Shown here in pieces: positions 53,634-64,000 of a stretch of DNA of 64,000 bases (position 1 is its first letter; each line of letters begins with the position of its first letter). The stretch comes from Octopus vulgaris. Lineage: Eukaryota. Location of the stretch: contig OX597819.1 of assembly GCA_951406725.2 (NCBI GenBank), forward strand, positions 119,970,001-120,034,000. Reading direction: 5' to 3'. A program made the position numbers and the translations under genes. The notes under the pieces were generated by a model that ran no database searches, had not been told where the DNA came from, and saw nothing but the letters and a program-made list of their open reading frames with translations.

Positions 53634-53887
53634 TCGCATCTTGTCCTTACCTTCGTAACTCGGAGTAAATAAAACAGGGGACAACTGATGAAGGGAATTT
53701 CTTTATGTGGCCTGTCTCGTTTCTCTATAAGTATATTTCGTTGTTCAAAAAAAGTTCGTCTTCTATATTTTTGTTTTTTATCTACTCGTTTCTCATTTTG
53801 TTGATCATTTTATGTCCTGTACCCACATATGCTTGTATATATACATATATATGTGGGTATGTACATATATCTATGTGTAAATGCATA

Positions 53888-53978
<91 letters not shown>

Positions 53979-54274
53979 TGTATTTACGGTTACAATACAT
54001 GTATTAAAGCGCTACTAATAGTTTCATATGTTGAGAAAACTCAAGTATATTGTTCAGGCGCAAGCGAAATGTCATAAAGAAGAATTTTTTAGTTCGTAAT
54101 GATATGTGGTTTGCGCCTGAAGGATATGTTTAAATTTCTCAAAATATGAAACTATTACTAGAGCTATAATTTTTTTTTTTTTTTTGCCATTAAATATATA
54201 ATATTTATTTCTCACCAGATGGAGTACATTTTTTGTTGAATTTTCGATCACGAAACAGTATGTTCTGTATATCT

Positions 54275-54313
<39 letters not shown>

Positions 54314-54349
54314 ATATCTATATACATATATATACATAAATATATATAC

Positions 54350-54408
<59 letters not shown>

Positions 54409-54869
54409 GTATAAACGTACGTTTCCTTGTGTTAAGGGTGCGGCACTCATGACCGTGGGGCCATTGCATTGATTGTCGGACCAGCCGGTGTGTCGTTTTG
54501 AGCGAATCACTTTATCTCATGTTGCTCAGCGATGTGCAGCTGTACTTGCAATGCCAGGTTCATTAAAAGGGTGAGCCAATGTATAGCCCAAGGATTTGAT
54601 CAACCCTGGAAACAAATCGGCACTACAGGCCGTTCAGCAAGAAATTGCAAGCCCTCGTGTGATCAGTGAAAGGAGAATCCATCTACATACGCGTGCGTAT
54701 GACTGTGTGAGCCACTGTGTGTGTGTATGTGTGTGAGTCTGTGTGTGTCTGTGATCCCTACTCATAAATGTTTACGGTTTTTGAGATCATCATATTTGAA
54801 ATACTAGCGTCTCATTCCAATCATATAAGCATGACTATTACCTAAATTATCCTTATGATTTTTTATTTA

Positions 54870-55160
54870 TTTATGCGCCCTTTTCAAGCCTAGCCAAACT
54901 CATGGGCCCGGTCTCTCGGTTTCTATGGTGTATGTGTTCCTCCCTGCTGGACGGGGCGCCAGTCCATCGCAGTGTTACTCAAGAAGCAGGAAAAAAGAGT
55001 GAGAGAAAGTTGGGGCCAAAGAGTACAACAGGGGTCGCCACCACCCCTGAAGCTTTAGGAGTTTTCTCTCAATAAACACACACAACGCCCGGTCTGGGAA
55101 TCGAAACGGCGATGCTCCGACCGCGAGTCCACAGCCCTAATCACTGATCCATTGCGCCTT
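54870..55160 (-). mobile_element. SINE family C
   Basis: Reverse complement of 33604-33905 over its whole length. Confidence 0.85.
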
Positions 55161-55509
55161 CATCCTTGTAGTCATTCGAAATAATTATTTTCTGAGCTTT
55201 ATTGATCAGTAGAATAGAGATCACTATGCAACTTTCACACACAAGAAGCAATTAAAATTTGATCCCAGCATAATTAATGCGGTATAAGTAGAGCCATTCA
55301 GTTTGTTAGAAAACCCTGCATCAGTTTCATAGACAAATAAATTATTTATTGTTTTATGGAATGTAACACAGTATAAATCGTATTCTACACTCCTGCATAT
55401 GCCACATAGAATGCCATTGGTGTATATACTTGAAATGAATGTTTTCACATTACATCAGCAAATATAGATTATCAGCACATCAAACCTCCCGATGAGACAT
55501 CTATGAACC

Positions 55510-55667
55510 TAGTGGCTGTGTGGTAAGTAGCTTGCTTACCAGCCACATGGTTCCGGGTTCAGTCCCACTGCGTGACACCTTGGGAAAGTGTCTTCTACTA
55601 TAGCCTCGGGCCGACCAAATCCTTGTGAGTGGATTTGGTAGACGGAAACTGAAAGAAGTCCGTCGTA

Positions 55668-55757
<90 letters not shown>

Positions 55758-55965
55758 TGTGTGTGTGTCTGTGTGTATGATTGTTTGTCTGTGATTGTCC
55801 CCCCAGCATCGCGTGACAACCGATGCTGGTGTGTTTACGTCCCCGTAACTTAGCGGTTCGGCAAAAGAGACTGATAGAATAAGTACTAGTTGACTTGTTC
55901 GACTAAAGATGATGCTCCAGCAAGGCCACAGTCAAATGACTGAAACAAGTAAAAGAGAAAAGAGT
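55510..55965 (+). mobile_element. SINE family A, full length
   Basis: Head, CORE-like block, microsatellite, and tail cacagtcaaatgactgaaac. Confidence 0.9.
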
Positions 55966-56279
55966 ATCTAGCAAGGTCATTAACGTTTTTGCAATTCTGG
56001 TTGTTGCACTGCGAAGAAAAGATGAGATAAGATGAAGAGGCTAACTCTTAGTTTCTGCAGTGAGTGTATATTGGTTGGTAGGTACGATTTTTTATTTTAC
56101 TTTTGGTTTCCCTATCAGCTTGAGCCCTTTCTTAATAAGGAGCTATATTAAAGATGATTTCTTTACAGAAGAAATTAGAAAATCCCGTGAGGATGCTAGC
56201 AATTCAACTTTAAAATATATTGAAAATTTTAGCCGACCAGGGATTATATCAACTGATCCACTTCAAAAATGGGGACAGG

Positions 56280-56505
56280 TATTTCTTTACTACCCACAAG
56301 GGGCTAAACACAGAGAGGACAAACAAGGACAGACAAACGGATTAAGTCGATTATATCGACCCCAGTGCATAACTGCTACTTATGTAATCGATCCCGAAAG
56401 GATGAAAGGCAAAGTCGACCTCGGTGGAATTTGAACTCAGAACGTAACGGCAGACGAAATACGGCTACGCATTTCGCCCGGCCTGCTAACGTGTCTGCCA
56501 GCTCA
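56280..56505 (-). mobile_element. SINE family B
   Basis: Tail-to-head match to family B. Confidence 0.88.
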
Positions 56506-57042
56506 CCAGGATTAGTATATAAGTTTGTGTGTGGGCGTGGAGGCACGTGGTTTAGTGGCTAGGGTGTTGTACTCGTGATCGTAAGATTGTAGTTTCAATT
56601 ACTAACCGGGCAGTAGGTTGTAATGTATTTCTGTAGGCGTCGCTTCAGTCCAATAAGCTGGAAAAGATTAGCAACCCAGTGATGGATCGGTGTCTCTTCC
56701 AGTGGCGAATGTTTCGGCCTCGTGAGAAGATGGGTGGGAAAGAACCTTTGATAATATATGCATATATATGGTGTGTGTGTGTGTGTGCGTGTGTGTGTGT
56801 ATGTGCGTGTGTGCGTGTATGTGTGTGTGTATGTATGTATGTATGTATGTATGTATGTATGTATGGGTGTGTGTGTATGATTGTATGTATGTATGTATGT
56901 ATGTGGACAGAGCTGTGTGAGTGAGAGAGAGAGAGATGAAGAGAGAAGGAAGGGGGAACCAAATTGCAAATCTGGAAACAGTAATTGGGCTTCGACATTG
57001 TGGGAACGTTACCGCAGTGTGAACCTAGGATATATATATGTA

Positions 57043-57073
<31 letters not shown>

Positions 57074-57499
57074 ATGTATGTATGTGTATAGTAAGCTTCG
57101 AGCAGTCCCAAAAATGTATAAAAAACATTTTGTTCCTGAAAGCTGTTTCTATTCCTTCGTCTACGGACTGTTCGAAGCTTACTAATTTCCTACACCTTGA
57201 TCCTTGGATCTTAACTTGCATGTGTGTGTGTTCCTGTGTATGTGTGTGTGGGGGGGGTGTATTTGTGTGTCTGTGTTTTTGTGTTGGCTGAATATGTTGC
57301 GCATGTGCGTGTGTATAACAGTGTTAAAAATTTAATGCTAATGATAGCATGTCTACACACAAAGCAAACTTTTATTTCTGTCAAAGTTATATTATTCTCA
57401 CTGTTTAACTACCAGCATTCAGTAATTGTCAATATTATAAATTATTGTTTCCATAAAAAATAACATCGATTTTGATAACGCAGTAAGTAGATGTTAATT

Positions 57500-58400
57500 G
57501 CTTTGACAATACAATGAGAGATTACGTAAATGATGTGTATATTACGAAAGGCAGGCCACCGACAGGGCCCAGTGGGAAATTCTTTGAACTTATTGCCTAT
57601 GTGTCATGAGTTAAAAATTGCTGCACGATCATCGTTACGGTTTTAAGCGTAGAAGTATATTATACTGCAATACTTCCTAGCTAGAATTAATCCACATGAG
57701 TCCACAATTTGTCGAACATCATATTTATTAGATACCATCCATTTTTGATTAAATTATCTTTCTTCTTAAACTTACGAAACACATGGTATGCATAATTATA
57801 CTAACAAAAGGCTCGGCTACAATATATCTCCAAATGGTATTGAGCTTGTCTGTATAACGGCAGATTTGTCAGTAAATCCATTGTTATTACATCAATGAAA
57901 TAACCACAGTGAAACTGGAAACCAGAACACTTTAATTTGACATTCTATTATTCTGCCTCTCTCGTTCTTTTAAGACATTAGCAATAATCAAAACACCTAC
58001 CACTTGTTTGTTTCTTGAAAGTGTAAACTTTTGTAGATTACGCGTTCTGGATTCAAGTGAAGTATCATAATATGAAGAGCACACCGCTGGATACATAGTG
58101 TGCAGAGGAGTTATTTAAATTTCACTGGCATTTTTCATGCATTATGTATAGAAAAGAAAACTGAACTACATTTAAATATTTATAACATGTCTTAACTGAA
58201 CCAGCCAAATGGCATTCAATTATTAATTAATTTGACATTTGTGGAAAGATATCCAACGAGCATTTTAGACAAATGGCTCTTTCTTTGACATTAGTAATAC
58301 CTTTGACTCCAACTGCAGTGAGAATTCTGTAATAGCATTATTATATGACTAAGATTATTTTTCCAGTCTGGTACAGTTTTAATTTCTGTCTGTTATAATT
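57500..58400 (-). pseudogene. Possible heavily decayed hAT transposase
   Basis: Minus-strand fragments FSLQL(D)ES (~58300-58326) and an HCxxHR-like stretch (~58080-58103), in the expected order. Confidence 0.35.
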
Positions 58401-58612
58401 CATCTGTTTCTATTATTGAACTGCAGCCATTCTAGGGCATGCTTTGTAATGATTAGTAGAAAAAATCGGCCCAGGTAATTATTTGGATTTTTTTTTTTTA
58501 CATTGGTAATTATTTAACCGGTTTCTTGAAAATAACACCGACGGTAAATAACGTGACAGAAAGACACACACACACACACACACACACATAATATACATAT
58601 GGAGGGTATATG

Positions 58613-58841
58613 TTTTCTTATTACCCACAAGGGGCTAAACATAGAGGGGACAAACAAAGATAGACAAACGAATTAAGTCGATTACAACGAACCCAGTGTG
58701 TAACTGGTACTTAATTTATCGACCCCGAAAGGATGAAAGGCAAAGTCGACCTCGGCGGAATTTGAACTCAGAACGCAGCAGCGGGCGAAATACCGCAAAG
58801 CATTTCGCCCGGCGTGCTAACGATTCTGCCAGCTCGCCGCC
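58613..58841 (-). mobile_element. SINE family B, full length with perfect 15-bp TSD
   Basis: tatggagggtatatg at 58598-58612 and 58842-58856. Confidence 0.93.
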
Positions 58842-59199
58842 TATGGAGGGTATATGCTTTGTTAATTCGTAGGTAGGCTACGCTCATAGACGTAAGGGAA
58901 TATATTCTCGTCGATGCGCCTGGTGTTGAAGCACCTGGAAGTCAGAGACAAGCGAGATAACTCGCATACGGTCCCATTCACAGAGACATCGATGTTTCGT
59001 AATTTTTGTGTCATGTCAATACCACCTATCCGAAATGAAGCCCAATGCAAGTTAAATCGCTCTCCTTGACTATATGCAAAATGGTGTGAGAAACATCCGC
59101 TGGGCTGTCCCAGAGTTGCATGCTAGAGAAACAATAATTCAAATATGGATAAAAAGCTAGTCCAATTTTGTTTATATTCCTTGAGCTGTTTTAATCCAC

Positions 59200-59385
59200 A
59201 TTTGCATCGCTAGCCACTATACATTTTCTATTGTCTCTCCCTGTTTATTTCTGTGTTCCTTCCTCTCGAAGAGCATAGGCTCGAAACGTAAATGAGTTTC
59301 TCACTTCCCGAACGTTAAACTAATACATCTGTTTGTGGTATACACATACGTCTTCGTCTTTTGTGTTTTTTGTAAATTCTCACTA
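59200..59385 (+). mobile_element. Variant-hammerhead short element, diverged copy
   Basis: CTCTCGAA-GAGC-atag-GCTC-GAAACGTA at 59263-59290. Family 3' end cttcgtcttttg...gtaaattctcactatata. Confidence 0.7.
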
Positions 59386-60295
59386 TATATACATGTCTGT
59401 GTGTGTAATATACTTATATATATGTGTGTGTCTATGTGTGTGTGTGTGTGTTTGAATATATATATATATATATATATTGTGTATGTATGTATTTGTACGC
59501 ATATATACGATGGACTTTCAGACAGTTTTCGGCTTACAAAATTGACACACAAGGCATTGGTTGTTTCTGAGGTATACTAAAATACCCTTGACCCGGACAC
59601 CGAAATTACGTCCTTGCAAAGCATGTTTTCTAAGCTCAAAACCACGCCTGCGCCTAAATATGAATTTCAAATAATAAGCATGTCCTTTTTATAAAATCCC
59701 TGCATTTTATAGCGTAGTCTCAATGTGGCAAATTTGACGCGAAGGATGTACTGCGGACATCGGTCTTTACTTCATTTCTATTGACTTCATAAACATTAGA
59801 AGTAAACGTGATGGTGATGGAATTTGAACGCGAAACTAAAACTTCAAATGTGTTTAGATACTCAATTTATTAATCGTTATTTTCACTTTACCTCCTCATA
59901 TATGTATAATACTGGTTTAAATTGTGGATCAAGCACTTGTAAGTCGAATACATCGATCCTAGTGAAGAGAAAGTTGGTGTCGACAGAATCTGAACTCAGA
60001 ACGTAAAGACTGACGAAATACCGTAGAGTACTTTTGCTCGATGTGCCAACGATTCTGCTAGCTGGCCTCATTCCATATAAGGAAAATATTGAATTCAATT
60101 TTTGGTACAAGGCCAGCAATTTTGGAGAGTAGGGCAAGTCGATATGTGTGTGTGTGCGTGTGTGTCTGCGACTGTATGCGTATGTATAGATGCATGTAGG
60201 TATCTATATATGTACGCACACACGTACATACAAACATAAATATACCTTTGAACTTACGTATACATAGATGTATAAACATGTACTTATGTATAATG

Positions 60296-60351
<56 letters not shown>

Positions 60352-60962
60352 GAGAGAGAGAGAGAGAATATAAAAGAGATAACCACATTTATGCATATAT
60401 ATAGATATATAAATCTTGGGATATACATACGTATATATGCAAGCATGTATGTATGTATGTACGTATGTATGTATGTATGTATGTATGTATGTATGTATGT
60501 ATGCATGTAGGTATGCATGGGCGTGTTCATGCGCAAACATATTTGTATATAGTGTGAGCTAAACGAGTAATCATATTTTAGACGTAATCATATACAGGCT
60601 GTCAGAGAACTCAAATTATTAATCAAACACTCACAACAAACGTTCTGATATGCAAGTTCAATAAGTAGATCTACTCATCGCGGTTCTTTGAAGTATAGCA
60701 AAACTTGCCCTTAGAAAACGAACGGAACAAAACAGATATAAAAAGGAAACACATATTACATTGCAGGAATGTCCTAAACTTACCGAAGGAACTCTATGCT
60801 ATTAACTTCTGTACTGAAATAATTATTTCGACAATAATATTAACTTTTCTTTTCGTGAGGTTGTAGTTTAGATTCTATCTTAAATATTACTTAAACGGCA
60901 TACAATGTATAATGTGGTACGAATATTCAGTACGTGGTTCTGTTTCATGTTTCCTCCCATCA

Positions 60963-61049
<87 letters not shown>

Positions 61050-61268
61050 ATCAATTTAGGGTAGCAAAAAATTCAATAGAAATTTATCGCTACCAGCGGC
61101 CTAGTGGGAAAGAGCAAATAGTCAATGACTAAATATATAAAAATTAAACAATTTAGGTATGGCCTTAATAGGCCATTCGTCCACTAGAGAGAGCAGCCAT
61201 AACTCAAACCGCTAAGTAGTAGTAATTCAGAAATTAGGTGAAAATTTAAAAACGTTTACCCAAATTCA

Positions 61269-61369
61269 TCTTTATACGATGCATCGTTTCGGTGTTTTTA
61301 ATGGTAAAATTAGTTTAATTAAATTAAAATTAAGCTAATCTACCATGGGTTACACTTCATCAGTAAAGA
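61269..61369 (-). ncRNA. Type I hammerhead ribozyme
   Basis: Stem I TCTTTA/TAAAGA, core CTGATGA, a long stem II, then GAAAC-GATGCATC-GTA. Confidence 0.8.
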
Positions 61370-61887
61370 AACCGGGGAGAGACTGATATACACGAGGCGT
61401 CTGTATCAATGCCTACGGAATATCTGTCTTAAAATTTTCAAGACAATCGTATTCGCGCCAACTTATCAGCAGTAAATATTAACTGCCGATTCAATCTCAG
61501 AATTAGTCAGAAAATTATCAATTAATCAATTTAGGGTAGCAAAAAATTCAATAGAAATTTATCGCTACCAGCGGCCTAGTGGGAAAGAGCAAATAGTCAA
61601 AGACTAAATATATAAAAATTAAACAATTTAGGAATGGCCTTAATAGGCCATTCGTCCACTAGAGAGAGCAGCCATAACTCAAACCGCTAAGTAGTAGTAA
61701 TTCAGAAATTAGGTGTGCTACCCTAAATTGATTAATTGATAATTTTCTGACTAATTCTGAGATTGAATCGGCAGTTTATATTTACTGCTGATAAGTTGGC
61801 GCGAATACGATTGTCTTGAAAATTTTAAGACAGATATTCCGTAGGCATTGATACAGACGCCTCGTGTATATCAGTCTCTCCCCGGTT

Positions 61888-61988
61888 TCTTTACTGATGA
61901 AGTGTAACCCATGGTAGATTAGCTTAATTTTAATTTAATTAAGCTAATTTTACCATTAAAAACACCGAAACGATGCATCGTATAAAGA
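61888..61988 (+). ncRNA. Type I hammerhead ribozyme (inverted copy)
   Basis: TCTTTA-CTGATGA-a-GTGT..ATGGTAGATTAGCTTAATT/AATTAAGCTAATTTTACCAT..ACAC-c-GAAAC-GATGCATC-GTA^TAAAGA. Predicted cleavage after 61982. Confidence 0.82.
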
Positions 61989-62189
61989 TGAATTTGGGTA
62001 AACGTTTTTAAATTTTCACCTAATTTCTGAATTACTACTACTCAGTGGTTTGAGTTATGGCTGCTCTATCTAGTGGACGAATGGCCTATTAAGGCCATTC
62101 CTAAATTGTTTAATATATATATATATATATATATCCCTTTCAACACACACTCACACACACCCAGACACATATATATTTTTTTTTTATTC

Positions 62190-62580
62190 ATTTATTTGTT
62201 TCAATCATGCTGGAGCACCGCCTTTAGTCGAGCAAATCGATCCCAGGACTTATTCTTTGTAAGCGTAGTACTTATTCTATCAGTCTCTTTTTGACGAATC
62301 GCTAAGTTACGGGGACATAAACACAGCAGATTCGGTTGGCTAGCGATGTTGGTGGGGGGTAACACAGACACACAAACACACACACACACACACACAAACA
62401 CACGCACACATATATATAGATATATACGACGGGATTCTTTCAGTTTACGTCTGCCAAATCCACTTACAAGTCTTCGGTCGGCCCGAGGCTACAATAAAAG
62501 ACACTTGCTCAAGGTAGCACGCAGTGGGACTGAACCCGGAACCATGTACTTGGTAAGTAAGCTGCTTACCGCACAGCCAT
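62190..62580 (-). mobile_element. SINE family A
   Basis: Tail-to-head match to family A. Confidence 0.88.
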
Positions 62581-62604
62581 ATATATATATATATATACAT
62601 ATAT

Positions 62605-62868
62605 ATGTGTAGATTTGGTAGGCGGAAACTGAAAGAAGCCCGAGGTATATATATGTGTGTTTGTGTGTCTGTGTTTGTCTCCCCAACATCGCTTGGTAAA
62701 CGATGGTGGTGTGTTTTAAGTCCCCATAACTTAGCGGTTCGGCACAACAGACAGAATAAGTACTAGGCTTACAAAGAGTAAGTCATGGGGTCGATTTGCT
62801 CGACTAAAGGTGGTACTCTAGCATGGCCGGAGTCAAATGACTGAAACAATTAAAAGAATAAAAGAATA
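62605..62868 (+). mobile_element. SINE family A, 5'-truncated
   Basis: gatttggtaggcggaaactg through gtcaaatgactgaaac. Confidence 0.85.
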
Positions 62869-62872
62869 CATG

Positions 62873-63065
62873 CAGTAACCCCTCGCCATATCACGATTCG
62901 CCTATCGCGGTTTTTTTATTTAAGCTCACATCTATTCCCCCGTGGCGTTGAGCCTTTATATTAAAGTGAATATACAAAAACTATAAAAGTAATTTTTTAA
63001 ATATATACAGTACAGTACTGTTTCTACTTCGGGGATTTTCACACCCAATAGTGCAGGGATTACTG
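62873..63065. mobile_element. Tigger/pogo-like MITE remnant
   Basis: Termini cagtaacccct / agggattactg(ta), with subterminal atcgcgg-like motifs. Confidence 0.5.
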
Positions 63066-63067
63066 TA

Positions 63068-63116
<49 letters not shown>

Positions 63117-63872
63117 TCACATACATTACATACATATATATATATATGTGTGTGTGTGTGTGCGTATAACATATATATTTGAGAAAAAACTGCGATTATG
63201 CAATTCATACAATTGCATAATAGTTTGTTTTTTTTCTCTAATTTATATATTATATATTTATATTGTGAAATTTGATTTAATACTAAATTGAATTTTTCCC
63301 TGTAAGTTTGGAATTATACTCCCTAATAATATTATCATATATATATATATATATATATATATGCAATTATACACATGTATGTTTCTAAAGGTTTATGCGT
63401 GTGTGTGTATACATGCGTATACATATGCAACACAAGTGAATAATCAAGATGAAAACTAATTGAGTTATATTATATTTGATATTTCTGCCCCATATAATCA
63501 CGTGATTTTCAACTAAAAAATATTAATGCATGTTTTTCTTATAAAAACTCTGGGAGAAATATACCAGGGCTAATAACATAGTGTGTTCTCATGTCGTAAA
63601 TATTTGATATCCTTTGGTGGGATTAAATATTCATTTCAGCTAATATATCATAAGGGTTCTTTGATAAATGGGATATTTCTTCTTTGCGTTATTAAAGCAT
63701 AGATTTATGAACGATAATGAGATTAAATCAAAGATCCAAACCCGATCAGATATAATTTTAATAATTTGAAACTACTAGACCTCGTATTCCTTTTTATAAT
63801 CCTATAAAATATTTTGTTCTTTATCCATAAGATTTTACAACTATCGATATAGTCTAGATTCATACGATAAAT

Positions 63873-63921
<49 letters not shown>

Positions 63922-64000
63922 GACTATGTATATATATATATATGTATATATATATGTATATTTATATAGATGTATATATATGTATATATATATGTATATA

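Larger units (their letters stand above)
61050..62114. mobile_element. Non-coding retrozyme/pLTR-like element: 475-nt unit, partial tandem plus inverted copy, in (TA)n
   Basis: 61050-61240 is repeated at 61525-61715. 61716-62114 is the reverse complement of ~61143-61541. One hammerhead per unit. Confidence 0.85.

Noticed and set aside
53694-53780. CTGATGAAGGG in a (TA)n-flanked block
   Set aside because: No downstream GAAA half, so the fold cannot be completed.

Overview
AT-rich, microsatellite-dense eukaryotic DNA, intergenic or intronic. The SINE sequences and repeat landscape suggest an octopus or related coleoid cephalopod (inference). I found no host protein-coding exon I can support. 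The window is a mosaic of mobile elements. It holds an intact-ORF2 CR1/L2-group LINE sitting in (TA)n (46.4-49.8 kb), a decayed Penelope-like element (RT + GIY-YIG), R4/Dong, RTE and CR1 fragments, mariner, hAT, Merlin-like and Tigger-like remnants or MITEs, tandem non-autonomous Helitrons, four tRNA-derived SINE families, and several minisatellites. Four signals stand out. (1) A set of non-coding, (TA)n-flanked elements carries type I hammerhead ribozyme folds, including a 475-nt unit in tandem plus inverted arrangement at 61.05-62.11 kb and a multi-copy family with a non-canonical CUGUNGAA core. (2) An RT-less LINE-like element carries a CCHC ORF1 and a duplicated unknown domain. (3) Two SINE/LINE shared 3'-tail pairs are visible, one with a covarying stem-loop. 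(4) The LINE ORF1 remnant has a CCCH-type zinc finger. All folds and alignments were done by eye.
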